Shown here one piece after another: positions 24,202 through 35,039 of a stretch of 64,000 nt of DNA. This stretch comes from Leucoraja erinacea (taxonomy: Eukaryota). The stretch lies in NCBI RefSeq assembly GCF_028641065.1, contig NC_073379.1, positions 36,084,001-36,148,000 on the forward strand. The letters are read 5' to 3'. Position 1 is the stretch's first letter. Each line of letters opens with the position of its first letter. The position numbers were made by a program, and so were the translations under genes. The notes below the pieces were generated by a model. It did no database searches. It worked only from the letters and a program-made list of their open reading frames with translations, and had not been told where the DNA came from.

Positions 24202-26873
24202 GGGTGATAGGGTGGTCAAATTGGGAGTGAGATGAAGAATTAAAGTGACAAGCAAGTGGTAGCTCAGCATCACACTTATGGATTGAATGGAGCTATTGAG
24301 AAAAGCAGTCACCCAGCATTTAGCTTCTCCGATACAGAAGAGATCATATTGTGAGCACTTTCACTTGCAAGAAGTGGATTGCTGCTTCACCTTGGAGCCT
24401 TTGGGTTCCTAGTTGGAGGGATGGGATAATGGTGTAAGGGCAACTGTCGCATCGCCAACAGATCCTTGAGAAAGCAACTACTGACTCTTTCTTATATCTC
24501 TTTCCAGGGTTCGTGCCATTGATGCAGAGTGAGTGTCTTGTGGATCCACCATTCTCTTTTACCTTAGATTTCCAGCATGACTGCAGGATTTTGTATCACA
24601 GTTGCTTTCTTCAGAAATGTAAATGGCTCAGAGCAGAAGGTGCAATTTAAGCTGACTTTTTAAAAATAAAAGCACAAAATGCTGGATACACTCAGGAGGT
24701 CAGACAGCATCTATGGTAAATGATGCAGAGTTAACATTTTGGGTTAATAACTTTTCATTAGAACTCAATTTCCAGTGATTTGCACAAGATCCCTTAATAA
24801 AAAAGTTTTCTGAGGACTCATCTTTCGTAATCATTTAACCAGCACATTGCTGCTAGCATGATTTTTAAAAACAAAACAAATCTTTAAATTATAGAATAAT
24901 AACACACGATTCCATGGATTTGCAAAGGTTGAATTTGCTTTTAACCATGGGTCATTTTTTAATTTTAGTTTGTAATTACACTGTGAATAGCCAAATATGA
25001 CAAACTCTAAAATTACGTCCCTCAGGGAAATTTTTGACACTGGCCCTAATTCAGCATTCAGTTGACCCTTTCAAAGGACGCATGTATACTTCAGAGGAGA
25101 GGAAATACCGGCAAAAAAACCTAATGCTTTTAATTAAGAAAGTCGGCTCTAAGTTTCCCACCCAAAATGACATCTGTCCATCTAAGTTGCCGCCTGACCT
25201 ACTGAATTCCTCCAACAGTTTGTTTTAAGCAAGTGTTATTTTTGTGCTCAGGCAGGCATACCAGCATTTCCGAACAATGACAAAGATTTTCTTATATCTG
25301 AGAACTGAACTTGCCCTCAATTAGTTACCATTCATCCAGGAAATAAAAGAGATCTTTATTTTTAAAAAGTCAGAAAAAGATCTTGAGCTATCTTCTTCTC
25401 AATCATAGTTCATGTTAGGAGGATTACTGCTGTTAATTCATGTGGCACAACCAGATGACATGATTAAAGCTATTGACACTTCATAATGGGCAAGAACAAA
25501 CTAATTGCAACATACATCAGCATTTTGGGCTGAAATAAACTGACAACGCAAGGAAAGTTAGAACAAGGAGCTCGCTCCCACTTGTCTACGAAATAATCTA
25601 TTCTTGGAAGCAAAATAACCTTGAAATTAGGTCATTGCAACACTGTTTTGTTTTCAGCACTGCATCAGGGAAATCAATTTTCTGAATTTGAATGCTGGTT
25701 GTCAGGTTAAGTCACACAACTCCATAAATTCTACCAGGCACATGTGGTCACTAATCATGAATGAGTGTGTGAGATTTGTTTGTTCTTGGTGCATGCTAAG
25801 TTCCATCATAGTGTGAAGCTCTTGCCATGAGGAATGAGGTCACCTTATACCAAAGTGTCCTCATAAACTGCCAACCAATGTCCGTCTGTGCTTGTTTCTT
25901 TGACAACCCCGTTACTTCTGAGATTTAAAATGGTGAGTTCAAGAGAACCTCTCTTGACTAGAAAAAACATTTTTGACCTCAGAGTAAAACAAATTGAAGG
26001 TTTAATTGGCACGATTACCTATTAACTTAATAAAATCGCTTTCCTGTTATTTGGCCTAACACTATTAAATAAAAGGATTAATTTTATTCTCTAGTCTCAT
26101 GCTACATCAAGAACCTGGTAAGAGATACAGGATAGAATTAGCAAAGTTATCTCGTAATGCATTAGGTTCCAGTGAGAGCTCTGCCCATTATTTCGTTCTT
26201 TCATTCCATTTTCCTGGCAGCCTATTCACTTGCTCATATTGGTTGAATGTCTAACAAAGAATGGTAAATACACAAATGTAAATCATTTAATATTACGTAC
26301 AGATCACAATTATCTAATTTACCATATTTTGGGATTTAGACTTCATCGTGTTGCAGGGAAATTGAAACCTAGATCTAGTCTCCCAGCTTCTTTTTACTTG
26401 GGCTGATTAAGATATATTTGTAATTATTGCCAAAGCCAGGGCAGTTACTTTCATAAGAACATGAAGAGAATACAAAATAAGAGCAGGTTTATGCCATTCA
26501 GCCCCTTCAGTAGCCACGCCATTCTGTGAGACCATGGCTGATCTGATCATTACCCAGTTCGACAATATTTGCATATCGTCCAAATATTTCTCAGTCACAG
26601 TTTTGTTTATACCTTGGTGAGAGGAAAGATTTATCCCCATCTCAGTCTTAAAAGATCAATGCCTTACTCCTGAGACAAGACATCTTATTTGTAGCTACCC
26701 CCTCTCTGTGTAACTCAATCTCCCTCTTCTCCCTACCCATCACCAGGGGGAAGCAACCTTGCAGTATACACCAAATCAGTGTAGCACTGCTGTGAATTCC
26801 TCTGAGAAAAACACGCTGAAAGTCTGAGATGACATTTGCTGTGCTGATATGTTCTTTTTATTGATTAATACAG

Positions 26874-27472
26874 AATCCCCTCCACCTGCAGATGAGCCTG
26901 GAAAATTCTCACCCCACCAATGCAGACATACTTATTTCCCTCCTGACAATGAATAGCTGGTATGACGTCAACTTGGTTCTGTGCCAGGAGTGGAACGTGT
27001 CCGATTTCCTCAGCCTTTTGTACAACAATTCCAAGATTCACCTCGGGACCGTTTTCAACATCACAGAAGACAGCGATGACAATGATTTTCTGAGTTACCT
27101 ACAAGGGTACTTGGCAGCGGCCAAGGCGGTCTCATTATCCATCATCACCTTTGGCTGTAACATTGACCATTTCCAAAGGATTTTCCAGTTGGCAGCAAAC
27201 TATGGATTGACCCTGGCGGAACTCCATTGGATTCTTGGTGACGCTCAAAATGTGGAGGAGCTGAGGACTGAGGGGTTGCCCATGGGTCTGCTGGCCCATG
27301 GTAAAATGACTGAGCCTGCTTTCCACAACTATGTGCAGGATGCATTGGAACTGATAGCCAGAGCAGTAACCACTGCAACCTACGTCAGGCCAGACCTGGC
27401 ACTCATTCCAAGTACAACAAACTGCATGCATTGGGAAGAAATTAATATAACATCGGGCCAGTTTCTTTCAAG
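26874..27472 (+). CDS. grin3a: GluN3A (NMDA receptor subunit 3A) internal exon, amino-terminal domain (equivalent to mammalian exon 2)
   Basis: Acceptor TTCTTTTTATTGATTAATACAG| and donor AG|GTAAGA; reads NPLHLQMSLEN...WILGDAQNVEELRTEGLPMGL..HGK...YVQDALELIARAV..AT...LALIPSTTNCM...TSGQFLS(R), matching recalled GluN3A; 599 nt, ends in phase 2. Confidence 0.93.
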
Positions 27473-27586
27473 GTAAGACTTGCTGCTTTTAAGAGTTTAA
27501 TTGTTAATGGCATTAATCTTTCATAAAGTCATCACCAAAGGTTAAGTGAAATTTTATGAAAAGCAGAAAATTGGAAATACTATAAA

Positions 27587-28166
27587 TCTATATAACTAAA
27601 ACTCTGATCTTGACCGCTTTTGGCTCGCTGTGCTGCGATTTCCGAGAGAATGCCGCCACCTACGGCCGTCATTTTTGGCCACCTCACTCAGAGCCCCCCT
27701 CCGTCTTTTTGGACCAGAGGATTTTTCCCATTTATGAAAAATCAGAGAGATATTAATGTTTTTTTTAAATTAGCCATTCTCTCTGCTGCCCCTGCTGGAG
27801 GGAGGGGGAGGGACTATATAACCAGGAAGTGGTGTGCCTCTGAGTGAGTCTCTGCAAGATGGAGGAAGCCAGAGGGTCACGTCTCTCTGAGCTCGGAATA
27901 ACACTGAACACATGTCTACTCAACTGTGAGTGCCCTTAATGTGGTTTGAAAATGAAAATATGATTGGTTTGAAGTAAAAATGTACTGCAAATGCTTGTTT
28001 GGGTTGAAGTAAAAATGCACTGCAAATGGTTGTTTTGGTTGAAGTAAAAATGCACTGCTAATGGTTGTTTGGGTTGAGGTAATTGGTGGAGAGGTGAAAT
28101 TGGTGGAGAGGTGGAATATTGCATCGGGGGACCAGCCCTCCCATGTGAACATGGGACCCGTTGGGT
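27587..28166 (+). mobile_element. Possible non-autonomous Helitron fragment with 35-bp tandem repeats
   Basis: Starts A|TCTATATAACTAAAA (Helitron-like 5' end); GAAGTAAAAATGCACTGC unit at 27971, 28006, 28041; 3' CTAG not seen. Confidence 0.45.
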
Positions 28167-28309
28167 ATGAAATAAAAACAGATGCTGGAAATACTCGGCA
28201 GGTCAGGTAGTATCTGCAGGAGGGTGAAACTGTGCTATGCAGGCTAGTGCTAAGTTAATTACGTATTAATCTATAAAAAGATTCAGAGATGATTGGTAAA
28301 AAATTGTAA

Positions 28310-28750
28310 AATATCGCTGACTTTAACATCGTGAGCCTGGGATCTCTCGGCGAGATCACCAGTGGTGGAGCTCCATCCAGCGCAGCCTGTTGGCTTCGGA
28401 AGACGTGATCTCCAGTAAGGAAGCGGCCATTCCAGGTGCCCCAAGCCGCTGAGAGGGTTCTCCCGTCGCCAGAGCACCATCACCCGGCGAGAAGGGCCTG
28501 AAACATCGGGCCGCCGTAGCGGCGACTGCGGAGGCCTCAATAGGCCCGACTATGGGTGGACAAGGGGATGGGGACTGGACTTTGTGCCTTCCCTCATAAT
28601 GGGAATCATTGTGGCGGGATGTTTTCATGTTTATTGTTAAATTCTTGAATGTTGTGTATTATCTTTATTAGTGTGCTGCAATGGCAAGTCAAATTCCACT
28701 ACACCAATTGGTGTATGTGACAATAAATGTCCTTTGTATCCTTGTATCCT
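28310..28750 (+). mobile_element. 3' half of the GC-rich retroposon family
   Basis: GGAGGCCTCAATAGGCCCGACT..GGGTGGACAAG.GGATGGGGACTGGACTTTGTGCCTTCCC is the reverse complement of 38165-38230; ends ACAATAAA + (TATCCTTG)n. Confidence 0.75.
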
Positions 28751-28875
28751 TAATGGGGTGTGTTTTTATTTTCCCTGGCAAAGCGCAGCTTATCTATATC
28801 CCATTGTCATTGCTGTGAAACTAAAAATCCTTTCTTCCAGTTTTTGGATTGGTAATGATGAGATATTATTCTAAA

Positions 28876-29240
28876 TGTGTTGGTAGGAACCGCAGATGCC
28901 GGTTTACACTGAAGATAGACATACAATGCTGGAGTAACTCGCTGGACAGGCAGCATCCCTGGATAAAAGGAATGGAATAGAAGGAATTCCTTCTGTCCCA
29001 CTGTTACTCCAACATCGTGTGTCTATCTCGGGTATTAATCTAATCTGTTTTGGACCGAATGTAACTCTTGGCCAAGGCATCAGCAAAAATGTCATTGTTT
29101 TAGTCCCATTCTCCCTACTACAATCAGTCTGAAGAAGGATCCAGACCCGTAATGTCACCTATCCATGTTCTCCAGAGATGCTGCCTGTCCCGCTGAGTTA
29201 CTCCAGCACTTTGTGTCTATCTTTGGTGTAAACCAACACC
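28876..29240. repeat. Inverted cluster of Penelope-derived short tail repeats
   Basis: Minus copy 28876-28980; plus copies ~29000-29050 and 29125-29240 (CTGAAGAAGGATCCAGACCCGTAATGTC...GAGTTACTCCAGCAC). Confidence 0.75.
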
Positions 29241-30488
29241 TTTATTTTTATTACATCATGCAATTGTTAAACTGAATAAACAAACAGAGCTTCCACTGAA
29301 CCTCTCATTAGAAAGATAGAACCTTTGACAATGCAGCACTACATGCAGTGCTGACACTTTCTATCACCCAAGTGTCTGCTTAGGTGATAGAAAGAGGTTT
29401 GAATACCTTGGAGGCAAAAAACAATGAGCCGAGTTGATATTCGCAATTGACATGCAAAGAAATATTGCCCTACTCATACAGTTGTCAGGTTTTCTTGTGC
29501 CTTTCAATTCTCTACGCTAGCCATTGAATTAAATGGTGACTAATGAATGCATTGTTGGTGAAAATGTAAACATTTAAAATGTTATACTGCAGTTGCTGTA
29601 CACAGGAAATAAACACCAAAAATGTTAGAAACACTCAGAGGTTCAGGCAGGAACTGTAGAATAAAAAACAGAGTTAACGACTCGACAAAGACTTTTTGTA
29701 TGCACATTACAGGCGTTGTAACATAAACTCGAGGAAAATATGTGGTCTTTCTGTCTTAAGGACAATCTGTCTATTGCCCTTGGTGCATTCATGGGTAGTG
29801 GCTGATCTGTTCATTTTCTCTGTTGGTTTAGTACATGATCCATACATTTCCAACGGCATTAATTTTCCTATCAAAGTAGGGCAGTAACTTTAATATCCCT
29901 CGAATTATACAGAGCTTCCAAGGTAGCTCAGTGGGGAACTAAATCTTGCCACTGATGTGTCAGAGTTGGTTTGATGGCTGAGCATTTTTCATTCTTTAAT
30001 AGTACCTGGAGATTTTCAACTTTTTTATGTTGCAATGTAGACCATGATTTCCAACGTCCTTTACATGCACTGTGTGCTTGAACACCATTAGCCGTATCTT
30101 CTGTCTAGTGTAATATTTATAACTCAAAGAATATTAGAGGATTGTTGTTTTGCTCATGAAAAGTAATATTTTCTTTGGAGTTAAAATTGACTTCAAATCT
30201 GTAGTGAACCCCAACTGTAATAAGAGGTAGCAGTGGGCAATGCCGTTGCAGATAATTGAGTACATAGCACAAGCTGACACTGTGCAGAACAAACTAAGTC
30301 TTGCACTCTTGAAATATGTTATCTTTTGAATGAGATGAAACTTTCCTGGGATGATAAATATCCTTTGAGACTGGCATAAAGAAAAGCATGATGGTTCATC
30401 TCAGGAATATTCATCCCAATTTCTCGGGTAACCTTCATCCTGGTTCTGAACTCTTTGCCACATTCAGCATTCATCTAATGTCCTGGCC

Positions 30489-30879
30489 CATGTGTGGACG
30501 TGCCGTCAAAGGACGAGAAGCCGAAGCAAAGAAGCGGAAGCCAAATAACCGAACGGAATCAGACCGATGGCGGTGCATCGCGGTTAGTGACTCTGGGTGG
30601 GCGGAGGGACCAGCCTGTCCCACACCTCTGCTCCACCCGGCGCTGCCGACCCACAGCCCGTCACAGTGCAGCCGCACGGGGGAGACAAGGCAGAGGGTGG
30701 CCGTGGCCATGGGAGAGTGGGGGCTGTCCCGAGGAATGCGCTCCTTCGGCCGCATACAATTTGGCGCACGGGTTCAAAGTGTCCAGTCACCTATGGCTTG
30801 TGTGGAAAATGACCCCCACTCTCCCGTCTCTGCCAGACAGTGATGTGATGAACTCGGGGGTCTGGACAAATCGCTGACA

Positions 30880-30924
<45 letters not shown>

Positions 30925-31250
30925 CGTCATGTCCGTATTTGACTTTTCGGCAGAGCGGCCATTCGGTGAGTTGGCTTGTAGACGATGCAGCCTTTCGGTG
31001 AGTTGATATTTCGGCATAGCGGCCTTTCGGTGAGTTTGCTTTTAGGCATCCCACCCTTTCGGTGAGTTTGCTTTTAGGCATCCCACCCTTTCGGTGAGTT
31101 TGCTTTTAGGCATCCCGCCCTTTCGGTTAGTTGGCTTTTCAGCTTCGTACGCTTTCAGTTAGTTGGCTTTTCGGCCTTGTTTCCGTTCGGTTATCTGGCT
31201 TCCACTTCTTTGCTTCGGCTTCTCGTCCTTTCATGCCACGTCTGGGTACC
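30489..31250. mobile_element. Foldback MITE with ~70-bp inverted repeats and 9-bp TSD (Mutator-like)
   Basis: IR arms ~30497-30567 and ~31170-31242; GTCCTGGCC at 30480-30488 and 31251-31259; internal C36 run and 32-bp tandem array. Confidence 0.75.
30959..31180. repeat. 32-bp minisatellite (~7 units)
   Basis: CCTTTCGGTGAGTTTGCTTTTAGGCATCCCAC-type units start at 30959, 30991, 31023, 31055, 31087, 31119. Confidence 0.9.
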
Positions 31251-31600
31251 GTCCTGGCCAACACCTATTTTGTTCCCTGGATATCATTCATCCCATATTT
31301 TGGGCAACATTGATCATGTGCCCTTGGCAACCTTCATCATGATGCCCAAAACAACATTCATCCTGATGCCCTGACCAATATTTGTTCTGTTATCCAGGTA
31401 CATCCATCCTGGTACCCTGCTCAATATTCGTCCCGATGCCATAGCTACTTTTGTTCGGCTTCCTGGTAACAATTATCATGCCCTTGTCCTATTTTTATTC
31501 TATGCGCTGTGCAATATTCATCACATTGTCCTGGTTAAAATTCAGTCTGCTCCCCAACCAATGTTTAACACAGTTACCTGTGCAACATTAAATCTACACC
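31251..31600. repeat. Degenerate ~24-bp minisatellite (continues left of the MITE, ~30400-30488)
   Basis: Units like CAACATTCATCCTGATGCCCTGAC / CAATATTCATCACATTGTCCTGGT. Confidence 0.7.
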
Positions 31601-31974
31601 CTACTAAATACCCTACATTCATCCCTCAACTAGCAACTCTAAAACAGACAATCTGCAAGAAGATATAATGTAGGAAGGTTTGGAGGCCATATAGTCTCTT
31701 GAAGATATTCCGTCATTCAATAAGTTCAACATTCCTGCCTGTTCTCCATAACTTGATTTCTCAAACATCAAATTTATGTTTATCTCAATGATGAATACTG
31801 TATATTCAACAAACCAACTTCACAGCTCTCTGGGGTAAAGAATTCCAAATATTCATTACCGAGAGAGAAATTCTTCCTCATCCTCATACATGGATGAAAC
31901 ACTGAATCTATTTTCCATATTTCATCATGAGGGAACATCCTCTCAAGCCTTTTCTTCTGTAGACAGAAGAAACA

Positions 31975-32420
31975 AAGAACTGGAGATGCTGGTTTACAAC
32001 AATAAACACAGAGTGCTGGAGTAATTCAACGGGTCAGGCAGCATCTCTGGAGTACATCCTGGGCCGGGATCCTTCTTCAGACAGCCTTTCCGCATAAGTC
32101 AATCCATCATTTCAGGACCATCCAACGCATCCATATACCTCCATAAATTAGTAGACAAGTGTACCACAGTTTACCCCCACCACCTCCCCCCACCACAGCC
32201 ACAAGAAGGGTCCCGACCCAAAACGTCACCTATGCACATTCTCCAGAGATGCTTCCTGGCCCACTGAGTTACTCCAGCAACTTGCGTTTTTTTGTATTAA
32301 CAGTATTCCAGATAACGTGTAAGAAAAACACCTCTGAAGAAGGTTCTTGACCTGAAACGTTACCTATCCATATCCTCTAGGGATAATGCCACACCCGCTG
32401 TTACTCCAGCATTTTATGGT
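31975..32420. repeat. Three Penelope-derived tail repeats (one minus, two plus)
   Basis: 31975-32082(-), 32200-32290(+), 32334-32420(+), each with (CTG)AAGAAGG..CC(G/T)AAACGT and/or GAGTTACTCCAGCA. Confidence 0.75.
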
Positions 32421-33004
32421 TTTTTTTTCCTTCTGTAGACATTGTTCAACACCACAGCCAAGACTGCCTTGTCATTGCTTCTGAATCTGCACCAGTGTCA
32501 AATTCTGCTGTCAGCTACTTTCAGCAGGAAAATAATTGTTTGGTGTTGGTCCAGTAACTTTGAAAGGAGACTTACACAGCCAATATTGGGCTGTAATAAT
32601 TGGGCTGTGAATGCCATCCAGGCTAGCCTGCACCTTTTAATAGATGGAATCAGTATGTGTGAAATGAATTTGATGCTCATTGTGATTACACTATCACCTT
32701 AATTCATAATTACCTCAGACATTAGTCATAAATCATTGCATGTTGTGTCAATCTATTCCTTACATCACATGCCTACATGAATGGAATGTTAATTAAGGAG
32801 GCTTGATTTTCAACGCTGTCCTTTTATAATGGATGGCTGCAAGAAACCAATTGGAATTTGGATCTTTGCCAATTGTCAACAATTTTTTTTTCATCCGTTT
32901 AAACTGTGCCTCTGGCCAAATGCATTCCTTTGCACAAATTGAACTGACATGAAATGGGCTAGCTACAATTTCCAGCCACTAAGTTCAGGCAGCAAACAGT
33001 GACA

Positions 33005-33400
33005 AAGGCACAAAGTGCAGGAGTAGCTAGCAGGTCAGTCAGTATCTCAGGAAAAAATGGATAGATGATGTTTTGAGTCAGGACCCTTCTTCAGGGGGAG
33101 GGAAGAAAGCTGGAAGAGAGATGGGGCCATACAGAGCCTGGCAAATAATAGGTAAATACAGTTGAACAAATGGATGGTTGGACAAAGATCAGAGATGAAA
33201 AGACAGAAGGTGATTGCAACCATGTGAATTGTGGAGCTAACGGATGGAATGTAGGTAGATGTGGAGGTGGGGAATGAGGGGAGAAGTAGGTGCAAATCCA
33301 GGTGTGGAACAAGGGATAGAGGGTGGGAAAGAAAGGGCAAGTAGGGGAAAAAAGGGGAAGGGTGGAGTTATCCAAAATTGGAGAATTTAATGGTCATAAA
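33005..33400 (-). mobile_element. Degenerate Penelope 3' region
   Basis: GACCCTTCTTCAG core, purine-rich tract and AAATTGGAGAATTTAATG as in 1424-1913. Confidence 0.6.
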
Positions 33401-33493
33401 TTTAAGTAGGGTTCATCTGCAGCCTGAGGAGGGAAATCCCTGGAAGTTTGTACTGTCCCATTGGGTATTCTCCTCAGGCAGCTGGATATGGGT

Positions 33494-33652
33494 TTCAGAA
33501 TGAACTGCAGTTGCTGGAAAATCGAAGGTACACAAAAACGCTGGAGAAACTCAGCGGGTGCAGCAGCATCTATGGAGCAAAGGAAATAGGCAACGTTTCA
33601 GGCCGAAACCCTTCTTCAGACGAGGGTTTTGGCCCGAAACGTTGCCCATTGC
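33494..33652 (-). mobile_element. Short Penelope tail insertion with 5' inversion and 15-bp TSD
   Basis: Near-identical to 1430-1552; inverted arms 33589-33612 / 33623-33646; CAGC(T/C)GGATATGGGT at 33479-33493 and 33653-33667. Confidence 0.85.
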
Positions 33653-35039
33653 CAGCCGGATATGGGTGGCAGGTGCTGCCAGCTTAGGCACAAGCTATTG
33701 TAAGACTCCAGGACTTCTGTGGAGAAACACAGTCAGGTCCTAGTCTACACCCTGTGAACAGAGCAGGAACTTTTATTTTATTTCAAAATTATTACTTTAT
33801 TCATGACATGTGAAAATGTGTGTAAATTGAAACATGCACATGCGTCACCATTCTCAGCACATCACATTGTTCTTTTTACGTTGGATCGGTTTTCTTTTAT
33901 GTACTTTCTAGGTTGATAATTTGTCAGTAGCAGCCCATTAAACGTATAGTCTGGTGTTACACAAAATACACAAGAGACTGCAGATGCTGGGATCTAGGCC
34001 AAAAACAAACTACTGGAGGAACTCGGTGGGTCAGGCAGCATCTCTGGAATCCAGGGGAATGATCTACCTGAAATGTTGACTGTCCTTTTCATTTACAAAT
34101 GCTGCCTGACCCCCTGAGTTCCTCAATCAGTTTTATTTTTGGTTTGGTGATACACAATTGTTCAGAATGAACGTCATCAACAACCATTGCATCACTTTAC
34201 AGAAGACGATGGGCTAAAGCCTCATCCCAACTGTTATCACCACAAGAGCAGCCATTGAGACTCCAGTTGTGTATTAAAGATTTCAGGAGAAAGATCACTT
34301 TCATTGCCTGCCAAGCATGACGTTGGTGTTGGTTTGAGAATTCTGGCATTCTGTCAAATTAATTTGATAGTCTGTCTGAAGAACCGTCCAGTATATCCAT
34401 CATCTCCTCCATCTATAGGGCCTTGAGAGCATTCCAAGCAGACCACTGTTTGATCACTATTAGAGATGAGTGCTGGGGATGATCATGGATCATTACGCAG
34501 AATGGATCATTAAGCAGCACCGTGGCTGGGCACAATTGGGAACAGACAGAGCCTACATATGAGGTGACACTTGATAGTCATGTGTCCACAGCTGGATGTT
34601 GCCACATGCAGATGTAGTCATCAGGATGAGGGAGATATTAGGAAACAATTTTCCTGCCGGTTCTCTGGAATTTTGTACATGGCAAATGTCGTCCAATTTC
34701 AGTCTTCAGGTAAAATGAATTGCCTTGGGTTACTGATGTAATGCAAGGTCACCGTGTGAATCACACCAGTGCCACTTCAGCAACACCTCACAACTCGCAT
34801 CTGACCACCAGATTATGTCCTTCTACAGAAAGGAAAGGTAACTGCTGGAATCCCAGTTTCTGTTTCACCTTGGCCACACCCTGCAGCCAGTTCTTTGTGC
34901 AGATGGCTGTGGAGGCCAAGTCAATGGATATTTTTAAGCGGAGATGGACAGATTCTTTATTAGTAAGGGTGTTAGGGGTTACGGGGAGACGGTAAGAGAA
35001 TGGGGTTAAAAGAGAAATATAGATCAGCTTGTAGATCAG

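Noticed and set aside
30959-31180. CRISPR-like array
   Set aside because: Contiguous tandem units without unique spacers, eukaryotic context, no cas genes.
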